Source: Macrostomum lignano (taxonomy: Eukaryota). Taken from it: 64,000 nt of DNA. The DNA lies in the NCBI GenBank assembly GCA_002269645.1, contig NIVC01003703.1:17744-81743 (forward strand). The letters run 5' to 3'. The notes below the pieces were generated by a model. That model was not told the DNA's origin. It did no database searches and saw nothing but the letters and a program-made list of their open reading frames with translations. This document shows, in pieces, positions 24,101-36,400 of the stretch; the stretch's first letter is position 1; each line of letters opens with the position of its first letter. The translations under genes and the position numbers were made by a program.

Positions 24101-25512
24101 TCCAGAATCACCCATAAACCAGCCTCAGAATCACCCATAAACCACTCCAGAATCACCCATAATCCAGCCTCAGAATCGCCCATAAACCACCCCAGAATCA
24201 CCCATAAACCACCCTCAGAATGGCCCACGAGGAAAAAAATTACACTACAGAGATGGCACTTCATTAATTTCTTATTAGATTTATTCATATTAGACTTAAT
24301 TTCGTATATTGGATTTCAGATAGTATACATTTGCGCAAAAGTGTTGGGGCCTTCTTCGACATTCGATTTTGTTATCCATCCTCTGCAGGCAAGCAGTGGC
24401 GAGAGGTGAGCACCGGCCAACACCACACCGTGGCCCTGGACGAGGCCGGCCAAGTGTACTCAATTGGCCGGGGCGAGTACGGCCGGCTTGGCCGCGGATC
24501 CGACCGCCAGGAGTCCAGCGGCCGGCTGGAACCGATTGGCGGAGTCTTGGCTTCGCTGGCTTGCCGTCAGGTCAGCTGCGCCACCGCCTGCAGTTTCTGC
24601 GTTGCGGAGACTGACGGCTCGGCCTACGCCTGGGGCATGGGCAGCAACAAGCAGCTCGGCCATGGCGACGAAGACGAAGACGCCTTCCTGCCGGGCAGGA
24701 TTGAAGGCAAACAGTTGGAGGGAGTCCGGGTGCTGTCTGTTAGCGGCGGCGGGCAGCACACCGTAATGCTGGTGGCACCGAGAGCGGCCAAGGTTGATGC
24801 GCCTGCTGGCGCAGTATCTGCTGCGGCGTCTGCTTCTGCTGGGGATGATGCTACAAGACCATCTGCTCCGTCTACGGCTTCCGGTGTAGTTTCCGCAACA
24901 CCGACTGTAGCTACCACTGCGCCTGCTGCAGTTTCTGCTGCACCGGCTGCAGTTTCTGCTGCACCGGCTGCAGTTTCTGCTGCACCAGCTGCAGTTTCTG
25001 TTGCACCAGCTGCAGTTTCTGCTGCACCAGCTGTAGTTTCTGCTGCACCGGCTGCAGTTTCTACTGCACCAGCTGCAGTTTCTGCTGCACCAGCTGCAGT
25101 TTCTGCTGCACCGGCTGCAGTTTCTACTGCACCAGCTGCAGTTTCTGCTGCACCGGCTGCAGTTTCTGCTGCACCAGCTGCAGTTTCTGCTGCACCGGCT
25201 GCAGTTTCTACTGCACCAGCTGCAGTTTCTGCTGCACCAGCTGCAGTTTCTGCTGCACCGGCTGCAGTTTCTACTGCACCAGCTGCAGTTTCTGTTGCAC
25301 CTTCCGCCGCAACCGCTTTAGCCTCCGCTGTGCCTGCTATAGCCTCCGCTGTAACCGCTGTAGCTTCCGCTGCTCCGGCTGTAGTTTCCGCAGCGCCTTC
25401 AGCAGCTTCGGATATTCTATCTTCAGCTCCCGCCGCAGACGCGTCTGTTGCTGCTTCTTTAGCGGAGGGATCTTCGGCCACTCCGGCCTCCGATGCGCGC
25501 TCGGGAAACTGA
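21110..25512 (+). CDS. RCC1: Regulator of chromosome condensation 1 (Ran GEF); exons 21110-21412, 22186-22450, 23323-23733, 24389-25512 (~700 aa)
   Basis: Colinear with human RCC1 motifs: [96 protein letters not shown]. Intron phases 0,1,1 are consistent and the total of 2103 nt is divisible by 3. Confidence 0.95.
21545..22095. repeat. 22-bp minisatellite GAGAGTGAAATGATTATCAGGT in RCC1 intron 1
   Basis: Tandem units with variants. Confidence 0.9.
22495..23200. repeat. 29-bp minisatellite GCCAGAGTGCTACCCCTATACACTGTTGG in RCC1 intron 2
   Basis: Tandem units; produces several spurious ORFs. Confidence 0.95.
23810..24225. repeat. 22-bp minisatellite CATAAACCACCCCAGAATCACC in RCC1 intron 3
   Basis: Tandem units. 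Confidence 0.9.
24925..25300 (+). repeat. 21-bp coding minisatellite (AAVSAAP)n in the RCC1 last exon
   Basis: GCTGCAGTTTCTGCTGCACCR units in frame with RCC1. Confidence 0.85.
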
Positions 25513-25749
25513 GAAATTGTTCCAACGATTTTTCCAATTAACTACCGATCTATTATTGACTGTCAATTGTCCTATGTGTTCGTATAGTCAATATAATGCA
25601 GTCAATCGTATTGCAACCAATGCTTGCACTTTCAGCATTCGTGCAAATATGTGCTTTTGTTTTTAACTAAGTCGTTAATTTAACCATATGCGTAGCTTGC
25701 TAACTTGTTTAGCGGTCTGAGTTTATTGTTTTTTGGTTATCTTTGAACC

Positions 25750-26130
25750 GGGGTTAGTGGTGACCCAGTGAATGGTTGAATTGGGGTTAGCGGTGACCCA
25801 GTGAATGGTTAAATTGGGGTTAGCGTTGACCCAGTGAATGGTTGAATTGGGGTTAACGGTGACCCAGTGAATGGTTGAATTGGGGTTAACGGTGACCCAG
25901 TGAATGTTTGAATTGGGGTTAACGGTGACCCAGTGAATGGTTGAATTGGGGTTAGCGTTGACCCAGTGAATGGTTGAATTGGGGTTAACGGTGACCCAGT
26001 GAATGGTTGAATTGGGGTTAACGGTGACCCAGTGAATGGTTGAATTGGGGTTAACGGTGACCCAGTGAATGGTTGAATTGGGGTTAACGGTGACCCAGTG
26101 AATGGTTGAATTGGGGTTAGCGGTGACCAA
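25750..26130. repeat. 33-bp minisatellite GGGTTAACGGTGACCCAGTGAATGGTTGAATTG
   Basis: About 11 units. Confidence 0.9.
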
Positions 26131-27466
26131 GTGGAATTCACCAGGGCATCTTTGCTCATTGCTCTGATTTCCAATCGTTGATTTCATTAACAAAATCAAG
26201 CCGTAATTTAAAATTCTAAATTTTTGACTATCTTCTAATCCTGCTTAAGTTTTTGGTGATTTTGCAATCATATTTCATAATTTCGCATCTTAGCTATTAG
26301 ATTGCAGTGTTTAGTTTTGTTTAATTCGTGTTAAGCCTTTTACAATTCTTTAAAATATGAATTGTCATATTGATAAATATTAAATCTGTTTTCAGCGTGG
26401 CGTCCTGTAGTGCTTCAGCCTCATTACCGCACTAATAGGTTGTCAAATTGAACTTGACAATTTATTATATTTATTAACTTATTAAACTTGCAGCGGGTGC
26501 CGCTTTGGCTTTTTGGTGCTTATCAAAGTCGCGTAAATAAAGTTACTTTTAACTGTCTCAGCAGCTCATGTCAACTTTAACTTCTGTAATGGATTAGCGA
26601 AGAAAACTGAGCATCGGTGCCTTTCAACATTGTTTTGTGTTTTTTTTCATCTGACCAAGACACATCTGAGAGAAATCGAGTTTCATTTTCGTAGCTTCTT
26701 GTGTTTGTGCGGCCCCGATAGAAAAAAGAAACTTACAAACTTGGAGAGTTTGCACAGTTTAGGGACTGCTATAATAATACTTGCTCTCGGCAATCTAAGC
26801 GAGATTGTACGATTGTAATTGCGAACTGAAAGAGAGATATTGGCACTTGTAGAAGATATGAAGACCCGAGCAGCAGAAACTCTGTCCCCCCTCCTGTCCA
26901 ATAGCGCTTGCCTGGCTGACTTTCTATTATTGCTTCGCCAAAGTGTACAGCGCACCCGCCCCCAATCTGGCTCTGTACTTTAGTTCAGGCTTGGCCAAAC
27001 AAAAACGAATAGCTGTGGCGTTCAGGCGCGTGTCTTCATTGCTTCTTTTGGTCGCATTGGGGTTAGAGAATGCAGTGCTCAGCGAGACGGCTATGAGCAC
27101 AGGGCAGCGGGGGTGGCGGGTGTTGAATCGCTACTCGCTTTCCCATTGGCTGTGCGGTGCACACCTGACACCTCGCTACGTGCACTTAACTCTCTAGCCC
27201 GGCCCTGTCCCCCCACTAATTCTCCTTCTCTACGCCCGCCCTGCTCAGCAGGCCCTTGCCATACGGAAGAGGTCTAGAGCAGAGCTACATAGAAGCAGCA
27301 AGCACATTAGCGACTGCCAGAAGCAAAGCTTACAGGCCGCAGGTCACCATAGAGGTCTCTTGTTGCAGCAGAATTGTTCTCAGCCAGGAGGAACAAGCGT
27401 CTTTTGACTGAGGCACCGCGAGCTGCTCACTGACAGCAAAGCGCCTGTCTGTCACGGGCTGTCGTC

Positions 27467-29015
27467 ATGTCTGTCGCCGACAATCCGCAGCTAGCCCTGT
27501 TCCGCTCGGTTGCCAAGGGCGACTGCGCCTCGGTGCTCGAGCTGATCCGCCAGGGCATACCGGTTAACTGCAAAGACGAGGCCAACTTCAATTTGACGCC
27601 GCTAATCCGGGCCGCCTGGTCGGACAATGAAGACATGATCCGGCTGCTCATCGCCCACGGCGCCGCTCTGAACGACTGCGAGAACCAGACCGGCGCCACG
27701 GCGCTGCACATCGCCGCCCAGCAAAACAACCAGCGCGTGGCCAAGGCGCTCATTGAAGCGCAGGCTCACGTCGACGCTGTAGACAAGAATCAGCAGACTC
27801 CCTTGATGGCCTGCGCCGCCCTGAGCCATCTGGAGATCGGCAAGGAGCTGCTCAAGGCCGGAGCTGACACCGACATGCAGCAGAAGAAAGGATTCACAGC
27901 GTTGCACTTCTGCGTCGAGCACAACCATCTGGAATTCGCCAGGCTGCTGGTGGAGTTCGACGCCAAGCTGGACGTGGCTACAAAGCCGGAGGCCGACAGG
28001 CACACGCCGTTCACCATGGCGGCTCTGATGGGCCACCTGGAGCTGCTGCAGCTGCTGTCAAACGCCGGGGCCGACATTCACATGCGCTGCAGCCGGGGCA
28101 CCGCGTTGGAGCTGGCCAGGCAGAGCGGTGTGCAGGAGGCGGTCGCCTTCCTTGACGTTCTCTACAAGCAGAGGTGAGGCGGATGGCTCAGCACAGCCTA
28201 TTCACAGAGGCCACTTTCACTGGTTGCTAAAGTAGGTGGTAATTAAAGCCACGATGGCCAACCCTCAAGGCACAGAGGCACAGAGAGCCTGACGATTAGA
28301 AAGACACGGCCGCTGTACATCCTGTGTGGGTGTGTGTATGAGAGCGTGCCTGTACTCAGTGACGCAGGACTCAAAGCAACCCCTGGCATCAAGACTTCGA
28401 GAAACCTCATTCATCAATAAGTTTGACCAGTTTGCCAAAAATTTACCAAAATGCCAATCGAATTGTTCGCGTGACAAAAACTTTTGGATTGGTATTTACA
28501 CGAGTACAATGTCGCTACAATACGCTACTCGACAGGCACATCGAGGAGAGCACGATGAGCATCCCGCGGCAATCGGATCGGCCGCAGCAGCAGTCGGAGT
28601 CGGACACCGAGACTTCCGAGACCGAGACGGAGACCTCCGAGGACGACACGGATGGCGAGGCGGCAGCGGCAGGCCAATCTGGCGCCATCCACAGCTCCGC
28701 CCAGCTCAGGGTGCCGGCCCGGGGTCAGCCGGTGCACCGGGTCCAGTCAGACCGTCGCCTGGCGCCCTCTGACCAGGCCGAGGAGCATCGGACAGGCCGC
28801 AGCCGAACTCCGGAGAATCGCTGGCAGCAGCGCCAGCAGCAGGGAGCCGCCGCCGTGGCCGCCGTAGCCGCTGCAGCTGAACAGCAGCATCAGCAGCCTC
28901 TCGGCCACCGCCGCCAGATCAGCGCCGGCGGCTCCCCGGCGCCGTCCGCTCGCACTCCTGCGCGACGGCACAGGGAGCATCCGGCTGATCAGGTGCGCAA
29001 CCTCCGCCTGGATGC

Positions 29016-29057
<42 letters not shown>

Positions 29058-30599
29058 ATCCCCTCGTCAGCGCTCAGCCACCGGCGGCAGCGAGCTCGGC
29101 GCAGTCGAGGGCATCAGCAACAGCTTCCGCACCTGGAAGATCAAGCGAAACGACAAGCCAATCGGCTCCGGCTCGTTCGGCGTCGTCTACCGGGCATTCA
29201 CGGACAAGAACCAGTTTGTAGCTGTCAAGGTGGTGAAGGTGGCGAACAGCGCCAACCCGCAGCAGCTCAAGCAGGCCATCCGCAACGAGGAGAAAGGCGT
29301 CCGGCTGCTCAGCCGGCTCAACCACCGCAACATCCTTCGCTTCCTGAAGACCGACCGCGACCATCTGGGGAATTTTCTCATCTTCACCGAGCTGCTGTCC
29401 GGCAACAGCCTGTCCGGCATTCTGGAGGAGTACGGCGTGCTCACCGAGGACGGCATCGTGAACTTCACCAGACAGGTTGGAATTGGGGAGAGTCTGGGAT
29501 CTCGTAGAAATTTTCGGAGCACCAACGTTTAGGTTTTGCTGACCGAAGTTTTAGGTTCTGGCGACCGAAAAATGGGTTGTATATTTAAGAAGAATGGCAG
29601 CGGGGGGATTTCCGCTGATTTCAAAGTTCATGTGGCCTTTGACAATGTTCAATACTTCCTACTTATTAATTACTAATTACCGCAATGTTTTTTTACGTAC
29701 TCACTAGTCGCTACTTGCTACTTGCTACTTATTAAGAGCGGGATTTATACTTACAGAGCGCGGCGAAGTCATGGCAACTCGTTTGCACATTGTGCCAGCT
29801 ATTTTGATTTATTAAAAAAATAAAAAAATGACATCCTACTACATATACGAGCGTACCGACTACCTACTACTTACTACCTACTACTTACTACTTATATACT
29901 ACTTACTACTTACTACTTAATACGTACTACTTACTATCTACTACTTCCTACTTACAATCTAACTACTTACTAACTTACTTCCTACAACTTACTACTTATA
30001 TGCTACTTGCTACTTACTACTTACTATCTACTTACTTACTACTTACTACTTACTACTTACTACTTGCTACTCCCTGTTTACTATAGGAGCTCCCATTCAA
30101 CTGAACTTCCCCGCAGATCTGCTCCGCCCTGGACTACATTCACACCTGCAACCCACCGGTGCTGCATCGCGATCTGAAGTGCTCAAACGTGATGCTGACT
30201 AACGAGGGCATCATCAAACTGATCGACTTCGGCCTGGCCAAGGAGATCCTCACCTCCATCGCCTACAATCCCACTGGCATTGTTGGCACGCCGTGCTTCA
30301 TCGCGCCCGAGATTCTGGACGGCCGGCATTTTACGGACAAATCGGACATCTGGTCGCTGGGCTGCACCCTGTTCGAGATGGCCACCGGGGCGCCGCCGAA
30401 CGCCGACAAGCAGAGCGTCAACGCCGTGATGTTCGCCATCTGCAACAAGCCGATGCCCAAGATGCCGGTGCGGCACTCCCGCAACCTACACGCCTTCTAC
30501 AATGCCTGCGTGCAGAAGCAGCCCAGGCTGCGGCCCTCAGCTGCCGAGCTGCTCAACTCACCGCTATTGAAGGCCGCTTCTACGCACACCGAAGTGTGA
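27467..30599 (+). CDS. Ankyrin-repeat plus STE11/MAP3K19-like Ser/Thr kinase; exons 27467-28173, 28536-29475, 30117-30599 (~709 aa)
   Basis: About 6 ankyrin repeats ([35 protein letters not shown]). The donor AG|GTGAGG at 28174 and acceptor GACAG|G at 28535 are both phase 2. Kinase motifs [56 protein letters not shown] are closest by recall to MAP3K19/YSK4. The kinase exons are high confidence; the fusion is inferred. Confidence 0.8.
29860..30070. repeat. Degenerate (TACT/TAC)n microsatellite in kinase intron 2
   Basis: Visible low-complexity TACT repeats. Confidence 0.85.
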
Positions 30600-30789
30600 C
30601 GCAACCATTGATTTCGCTGTGGTTGATTGAGGAAGATGCTGTTTCTCAATTGGTCACTCTTTGTCCTCCACGATGGAGTCTTTGTCAAGCCTACATTATT
30701 TAATTGTCTTCGTCGGGGGGGGGGGTTTGGTCTTTCTTTCGAGATATTTGAGCAAATAGTTTGGTCTTCGATTTTTCAAATCTAGAAAC

Positions 30790-31162
30790 GAATCAACAAA
30801 GGTCTTTGTCGGGCTACTGAAGAGTCTTTGTGAGAAACTTCAAATCAACAAAGGTCTTTGTCGGGCTACTGAAGAGTCTTTGTGAGAAACCTCAAATCAA
30901 CAAAGGTCTTTGTCGGGCTACTGAAGAGTCTGTGAGAAACTTCAAATCAACAAAGGTCTTTGTCGGGCTACTGAAGACTTCAAATCAACAAAGGTCTTTG
31001 TCGGGCTACTGAAGAGTCTTTGTGAGAAACTTCAAATCAACAAAGGTCTTTGTCGGGCTACTGAAGAGTCTTTGTGAGAAACCTCAAATCAACAAAGGTC
31101 TTTGTCGGGCTACTGTAGAGTCTTTGTCAGAAACCTAAAAATCAACAAAGGTCTTTGTCGGG
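30790..31162. repeat. ~52-bp tandem repeat AATCAACAAAGGTCTTTGTCGGGCTACTGAAGAGTCTTTGTGAGAAACTTCA
   Basis: About 7 units with no unique spacers. Confidence 0.9.
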
Positions 31163-31268
31163 TGTAGAGTACAAAGCGAACTTGATGTTGAAATAGGCTC
31201 ACTTCTTGGGCACCATTGTTGAAATCATACTAAAATTAGCAAAAATCTTCTAAACGTCTTCAGCCTAC

Positions 31269-31484
31269 TTATCTTACCCTCTGATTTCTAGAAATTTCTA
31301 GAAGTTCAACTCGATCTTGCTGGGAACTACCAGGTACAGTGCAATCAAACCCCCGCAGTGTCTTGCTGTGTCCTGTCATGCTTAACCATTTGACTGAGCA
31401 ATGAGTATCAACTTTGCTTTCCTCTAACCCGTTTTCTCTCAATCCGCACTTGACTTGCTTCCTCAGAGAAAAGAAGACGCACAA
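31269..31484 (-). pseudogene. Possible hAT-like transposase fragment
   Basis: 'DTHCSVKWLSM' resembles the hAT HxxxRWLS motif. The fragment is short and no TIRs were found. Confidence 0.25.
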
Positions 31485-31929
31485 AAGACACCCGCCGATG
31501 TGCCTTCGTTTTGCACCATCAAGGTCTTTTAATTAGTGTTGAATTTGTCCAGTCCAAGGTTCACCCCATGGCTTACAGTAGCTGTGTGCTTATTCGACAA
31601 TTGAGTCTTATGCCTCATTTTTACTTGATACTCATTCCAACCTGTTCCATCCATCATTATTTTTGCTTTTTCGTCGTTATCCAGTTAGCAAATCCTTTTA
31701 ATGAATCGATTTTTAAGCTTCTAACTTTGACTTAGTATAAAAGCAAGCAGTTCTCTGAGATAGTTCCTGTGCTAATAGACAATAAGTGCATCGGAAATAT
31801 AGTCTTTACAGAACAGTTTTCAAGCTTACAATTGCGAGTGAAAATGCAGTACTTTACCAAGCAAAGCCTTAAGTAATGCTTCTTTATAATGCACTGACTG
31901 CCTCAGGTCTTTCCACAAAGGACCCTCAC

Positions 31930-32330
31930 CCTGAATGTCCCCCAATCACCCTCGCCCTCTGAATGTCCCCCAATCACCCTCACCCTCTGAATGTCCCCCA
32001 ATCACCCTCACCCTCTGAATGTCCCCCAATCACCCTCACCCTCTGAATTTCCCCCAATCACCCTCACCCTCTGAAGTTCCCCCAATCACTCTCACCCCCA
32101 AAAGAATCCCTCTCACCCCAATCACTCTCACCCCCAATCACTCTCACCCCCAATCACTCTCACCCCCAATCACTCTCACCCCCAATCACTCTCACCCCCA
32201 ATCACTCTCACCCCCAATCACTATCACCCCCAATCACTCTCACCCCCAATCACTCTCACCCCAATCACTCTCACCCCAATCACTCTCACCCCCAATCACT
32301 CTCACCCCCAAAAGAATCCCTCTCAGCCCC
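31930..32330. repeat. C-rich 16-17-bp minisatellite CCCCCAATCACTCTCAC with longer 5' variants
   Basis: Tandem units. Confidence 0.85.
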
Positions 32331-33417
32331 GATGACCTCACTGTCACCTTTTGATCTGATTTGACTGTATAATTGTTATGTTGTTGTCAATGTTTAAATA
32401 AAAATATCAATAGATTACTCGTACACTCAACAGACTACTAACAGTACAAACATGTGCATTTGAGGCCAGTATAAATATAGAGATATCATGTGCCGCAAAT
32501 GATGAAGCATGAATTTGAAACTGCTTGTCTCCTCCTCCACTCCGCATGCAGCCAGCCTCGCTCGCAAAGAGCTGCTCGAAGCCCCATTATGTCTGTCAGT
32601 CAGTCTCTCTCCGTTTCCCCAGTTTTTTGTCTCTGTCTCCCCTCCTCCTCTCTCTCTGTCTGTCTGTCTGTCTGTCTCCTCTCCTGTCCAAATCTGATTG
32701 GCCTGGCTGCTGCCATCCACGGAGAGGCGGGTTGGCGAGACGCTGGGAATGGCGAGACGCCGGACAGGCGGGAATAAAACTGTAGGGGGGGGTGGCCGCT
32801 AATGCACGCATAGACCTATTATTGAGAGATACAGCGGCTCAGAGCCGGGCATAGGTAGGGTAGGAGAGAATCCCACCACTGTCACCGCGTATTCAGTAGC
32901 CAACCTGCCAGCGTAAGAAGACAGCGACACGGAGGGACGGAGAGCACGCGTCAGGTAACTCAATCCCCTTCGTTTCCATCACCCCTGTTTCACCTGCAGC
33001 TCGCCTGGCCCCAGAAAGCCAGCCAGCCTGCCGCCTGTTTTTTCTCAACTCAGTTCTCTACTCAAGCCTCACTACTCTCACTGCCCCCATTCCTGAATTC
33101 CCCTTCGCATTGTTGCCTCTGTTTGCCAAGCCCGCACGGCCCATGCAGACGCCAGCTCAAACAAAGCAGCTGCATCTCGCGCACCTGTTCGCCGTACCGT
33201 CCAACCCCCCAAATCCTCTCTAGCTATTCAGCTCACCTGAATCCTTCTGTCTTCTGACTCTGCAAGACTCCCCTCATCCACCCCCTCCACCGATACTCAA
33301 CTCGCCAGCCTGCACCTGCCGCCCGGCGATGCCGAAAGGGCTCCCGAAGCAGCAGCAGCAGCAACCGGAGACTGCACGTCGTTGACGACTTTGCGTGTTG
33401 GACTTGGCAACACGGCA

Positions 33418-36400
33418 ATGGCCTGCCACTGCCACTTGCCTGTTGTTGCTTTTGCAGCTCTCTGTCTTCTGACAACGGTTTGCTCTGGTGAGTAGCTCGT
33501 ACAGCTGGCTTCATGGATAATCGGGACTCGGGTATCGGGACTCGGGTATCGGGACTCGGGTATCGGGACTCGGGTATCGGGACTCGGGTATCGGGACTCG
33601 GGTATCGGGACTCGGGTATCGGGACTCGGGTATCGGGACTCGGGTATCGGACTCGGGTATCGGGACTCGGGTATCGGGACTCGGGTATCGGGACTCGGGT
33701 ATCGGGACTCGGGTATCGGGACTCGGGTATCGGGACTCGGGTATCGGGACTCGGGTATCGGGACTCGGGTATCGGGACTCGGGTATCGGGACTCGGGTAT
33801 CGGGACTCGGGTATCGGGACTCGGGTATCGGGACTCGGGTATCGGGACTCGGGTATCGGGACTCGGGTATCGGGACTCGGGTATCGGGACTCGGGTATCG
33901 GGACTCGGGTATCGGGACTCGGGTATCGGGACTCGGGTATCGGGACTCGGGTATCGGGACTCGGGTATCGGGACTCGGGTATCGGGACTCGGGTATCGGG
34001 ACTCGGGTATCGGGACTCGGGTATCGGGACTCGGGTATCGGGACTCGGGTATCGGGACTCGGGTATCGGGACTCGGGTATCGGGACTCGGGTATCGGGAC
34101 TCGGGTATCGGGACTCGGGTATCGGGACTCGGGTATCGGGACTCGGGTATCGGGACTCGGGTATCGGGACTCGGGTATCGGGACTCGGGTATCGGGATCT
34201 CGGGTATCGGGACTCGGGTATCGGGACTCTCGCTCGCAACGTCCTTCTACCTCAGCTGTTCCCATCAATTATTTATCAGGGCAGGCCAAAACCGATTCTG
34301 CACTCGTAGCTCAGATTTCAATCTCGAAATTAATCTTTCGAATGCATTCAGAAAGCTCGAGAGAGAGGAGGGAAAAGCGGTTCGTCCCAAAAAAGTACAT
34401 TGAATGCCCTGTCAAGCTGCTAGTCGAATTTTCCTCGCCCCCCCCCCCGATTTGGAGATCCCCGCCTTCGCCTGTCAAGCAAAGAATAAATCTCAAATAT
34501 TTCTCCCCCACTCGATAATCCCCGATCGTGCCATTCCTCTTTCAAGCCGTTTCTACAGTAAAATACGCATTTAAACGAGAAAAAATTCTTTTATAACCTT
34601 GGCATGGCAACTGGGTCCTGCCTTTATCCCCCTCACCATTCCTTTTCTCCTCTCTCCGCTGCTCTCACTTTCGAATTTGGGGGGGGGGGTTTCGAGCTAT
34701 GTGCGCATGTGTGTGTGCGTGTGTGTGTGTGTGTCTGGTCCTCATAAAATATGGAGGAAAAATGCCTTTCTCAGAGTCCCCCTACGGCAAGAGTTAGTAC
34801 GCTGTAGCAACCTGTAGTGAGGGAAGCATTGACCCGCTGCCTGTCCGGCCCTTTCAGCTTCTTTATCGTCTGGTTTATTGCGGACTAAAAAAGGGGCACA
34901 GAGTATTAAGATACACAATCCTAAGGCTTCCTGTCCTAGCAACTAAAAGCACCAATTACTTGGGGACTAGGCCAATTACCGGAATTACCTCCGCTTGGTA
35001 AATCAATTGATATTTCTTAGAAAATGTTTACAGATTACAATTCAACCTAATATTGGTGCAGATGGACGCTGTGAATTGTGAATTGCTCAAAGGCAGAGTT
35101 TTCCCTAGAATCAAAGAGTTTAATCAAACTACATAAGCTATTTATAGGCTTCGAGGCCACTATATAGCTGTTGTCACGCCAACTTCCCTCCAGAGACTGC
35201 GGACTAATCAGTGTGAGTTTGTCCAACTCAGATTTTCTTGTTGAATTCGGGCACAAAATTAATCCTACTACAAAAATGGTGATATCTATACGCTAGGGCT
35301 TGCAGAGTAAGGTTAGAGAAAAGCAATGATTGCATGTAGTTTGCAGCAGAAAGTTTTTGGCTATTCTGTACCTTCCCAAGAGAATTGTTCCGGCCCTTAT
35401 CCCTTTGGTCTCTTGTGAAATTTCCTTTCTTCATTTTTATCTTCCTGCTCTCGCTTCGATCGGTTCAAAAATAATACGCGATCACGCACTTGGCGAGTGG
35501 GCGCGACCTTGAGAGCGGATCACGTGATTTGTTAAGATTCGCATTCTTAGAAAACACTACTGATTGTGTGTACAATAATGTACTTTGTTGTTCAAGTTTC
35601 AGTCCCTTGTTGCTTCTGAAAACATGCGTAGCTGCAGCGCCTCCTAAGTCATTAATAATTAATTACCCCGCAGTAGATTAGAAAAGAGTGGAACAGATCC
35701 CAGCCGAGGTCAGTAAAAACTTGTTGACTCCCAGGTCAGTCGGTAGTCGCGCTCACAATGCTGAGGTCGCTCTCAGGTGTCAGACTGTTGGCTAAGCTTG
35801 GCTTGGCTATGACGGTCTGAAGTGTCGCTGAAGAGCCACTCCTAGCTGAATAATTGGATCCTCAGCTGACTGACTTTCTGCATGGAAGGTTGAGCAGTGG
35901 AGCCGTGACTCTATCGTCTTCTTGGGTTCGTTTCTGCATTCATTTCACGCACCCTGAGGGCCGTCATAAGTATAGAGATTTTTTATTTACAAGTGTACAT
36001 ACCTGACGATGAGAAGGTCAAGGTATTCATGTACACCCTTACACCCTGTACACCACCCTGTACACCCTGTACATCTTGTACACCCTGCACCCTGTACACC
36101 CCTGTACACCCCTGTACACCCTTTACACCCCTGTACACCCTGTACACTCTGTACATCTTGTACACCCTGCACCCTGTACACCCCTGTACACCCTTTACAC
36201 CCTGTACATCCTGTAAACCCTGTACACCCTGTACACCCTGTACATCTTGTACACTCTGCACCCTGTGCACCCTGTACACCCCTGTACACCCTTTACACCC
36301 TGTACATCCTGTAAACCCTGTACACCCTGTACACCCTGTACATCTTGTACACTCTGCACCCTGTTCACCCTGTACACCCCTGTACAACCTTTACACTCCT

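Noticed and set aside
24624-25481. 285-aa antisense ORF (AGAAET repeats); likewise antisense ORFs at 27602, 41432, 48524, 49919
   Set aside because: Antisense shadows of GC-rich or repetitive coding exons with no recognisable domains.
27467-28177. Stand-alone 236-aa ankyrin protein as the only gene model
   Set aside because: Its stop overlaps a consensus donor that is in phase with the kinase exon. I kept it only as a possible intron-retention isoform.
30790-31162. CRISPR-like look of the ~52-bp repeats (also the 54025 and 55775 arrays)
   Set aside because: The units are head-to-tail with no unique spacers, there are no cas genes, and the context is eukaryotic.
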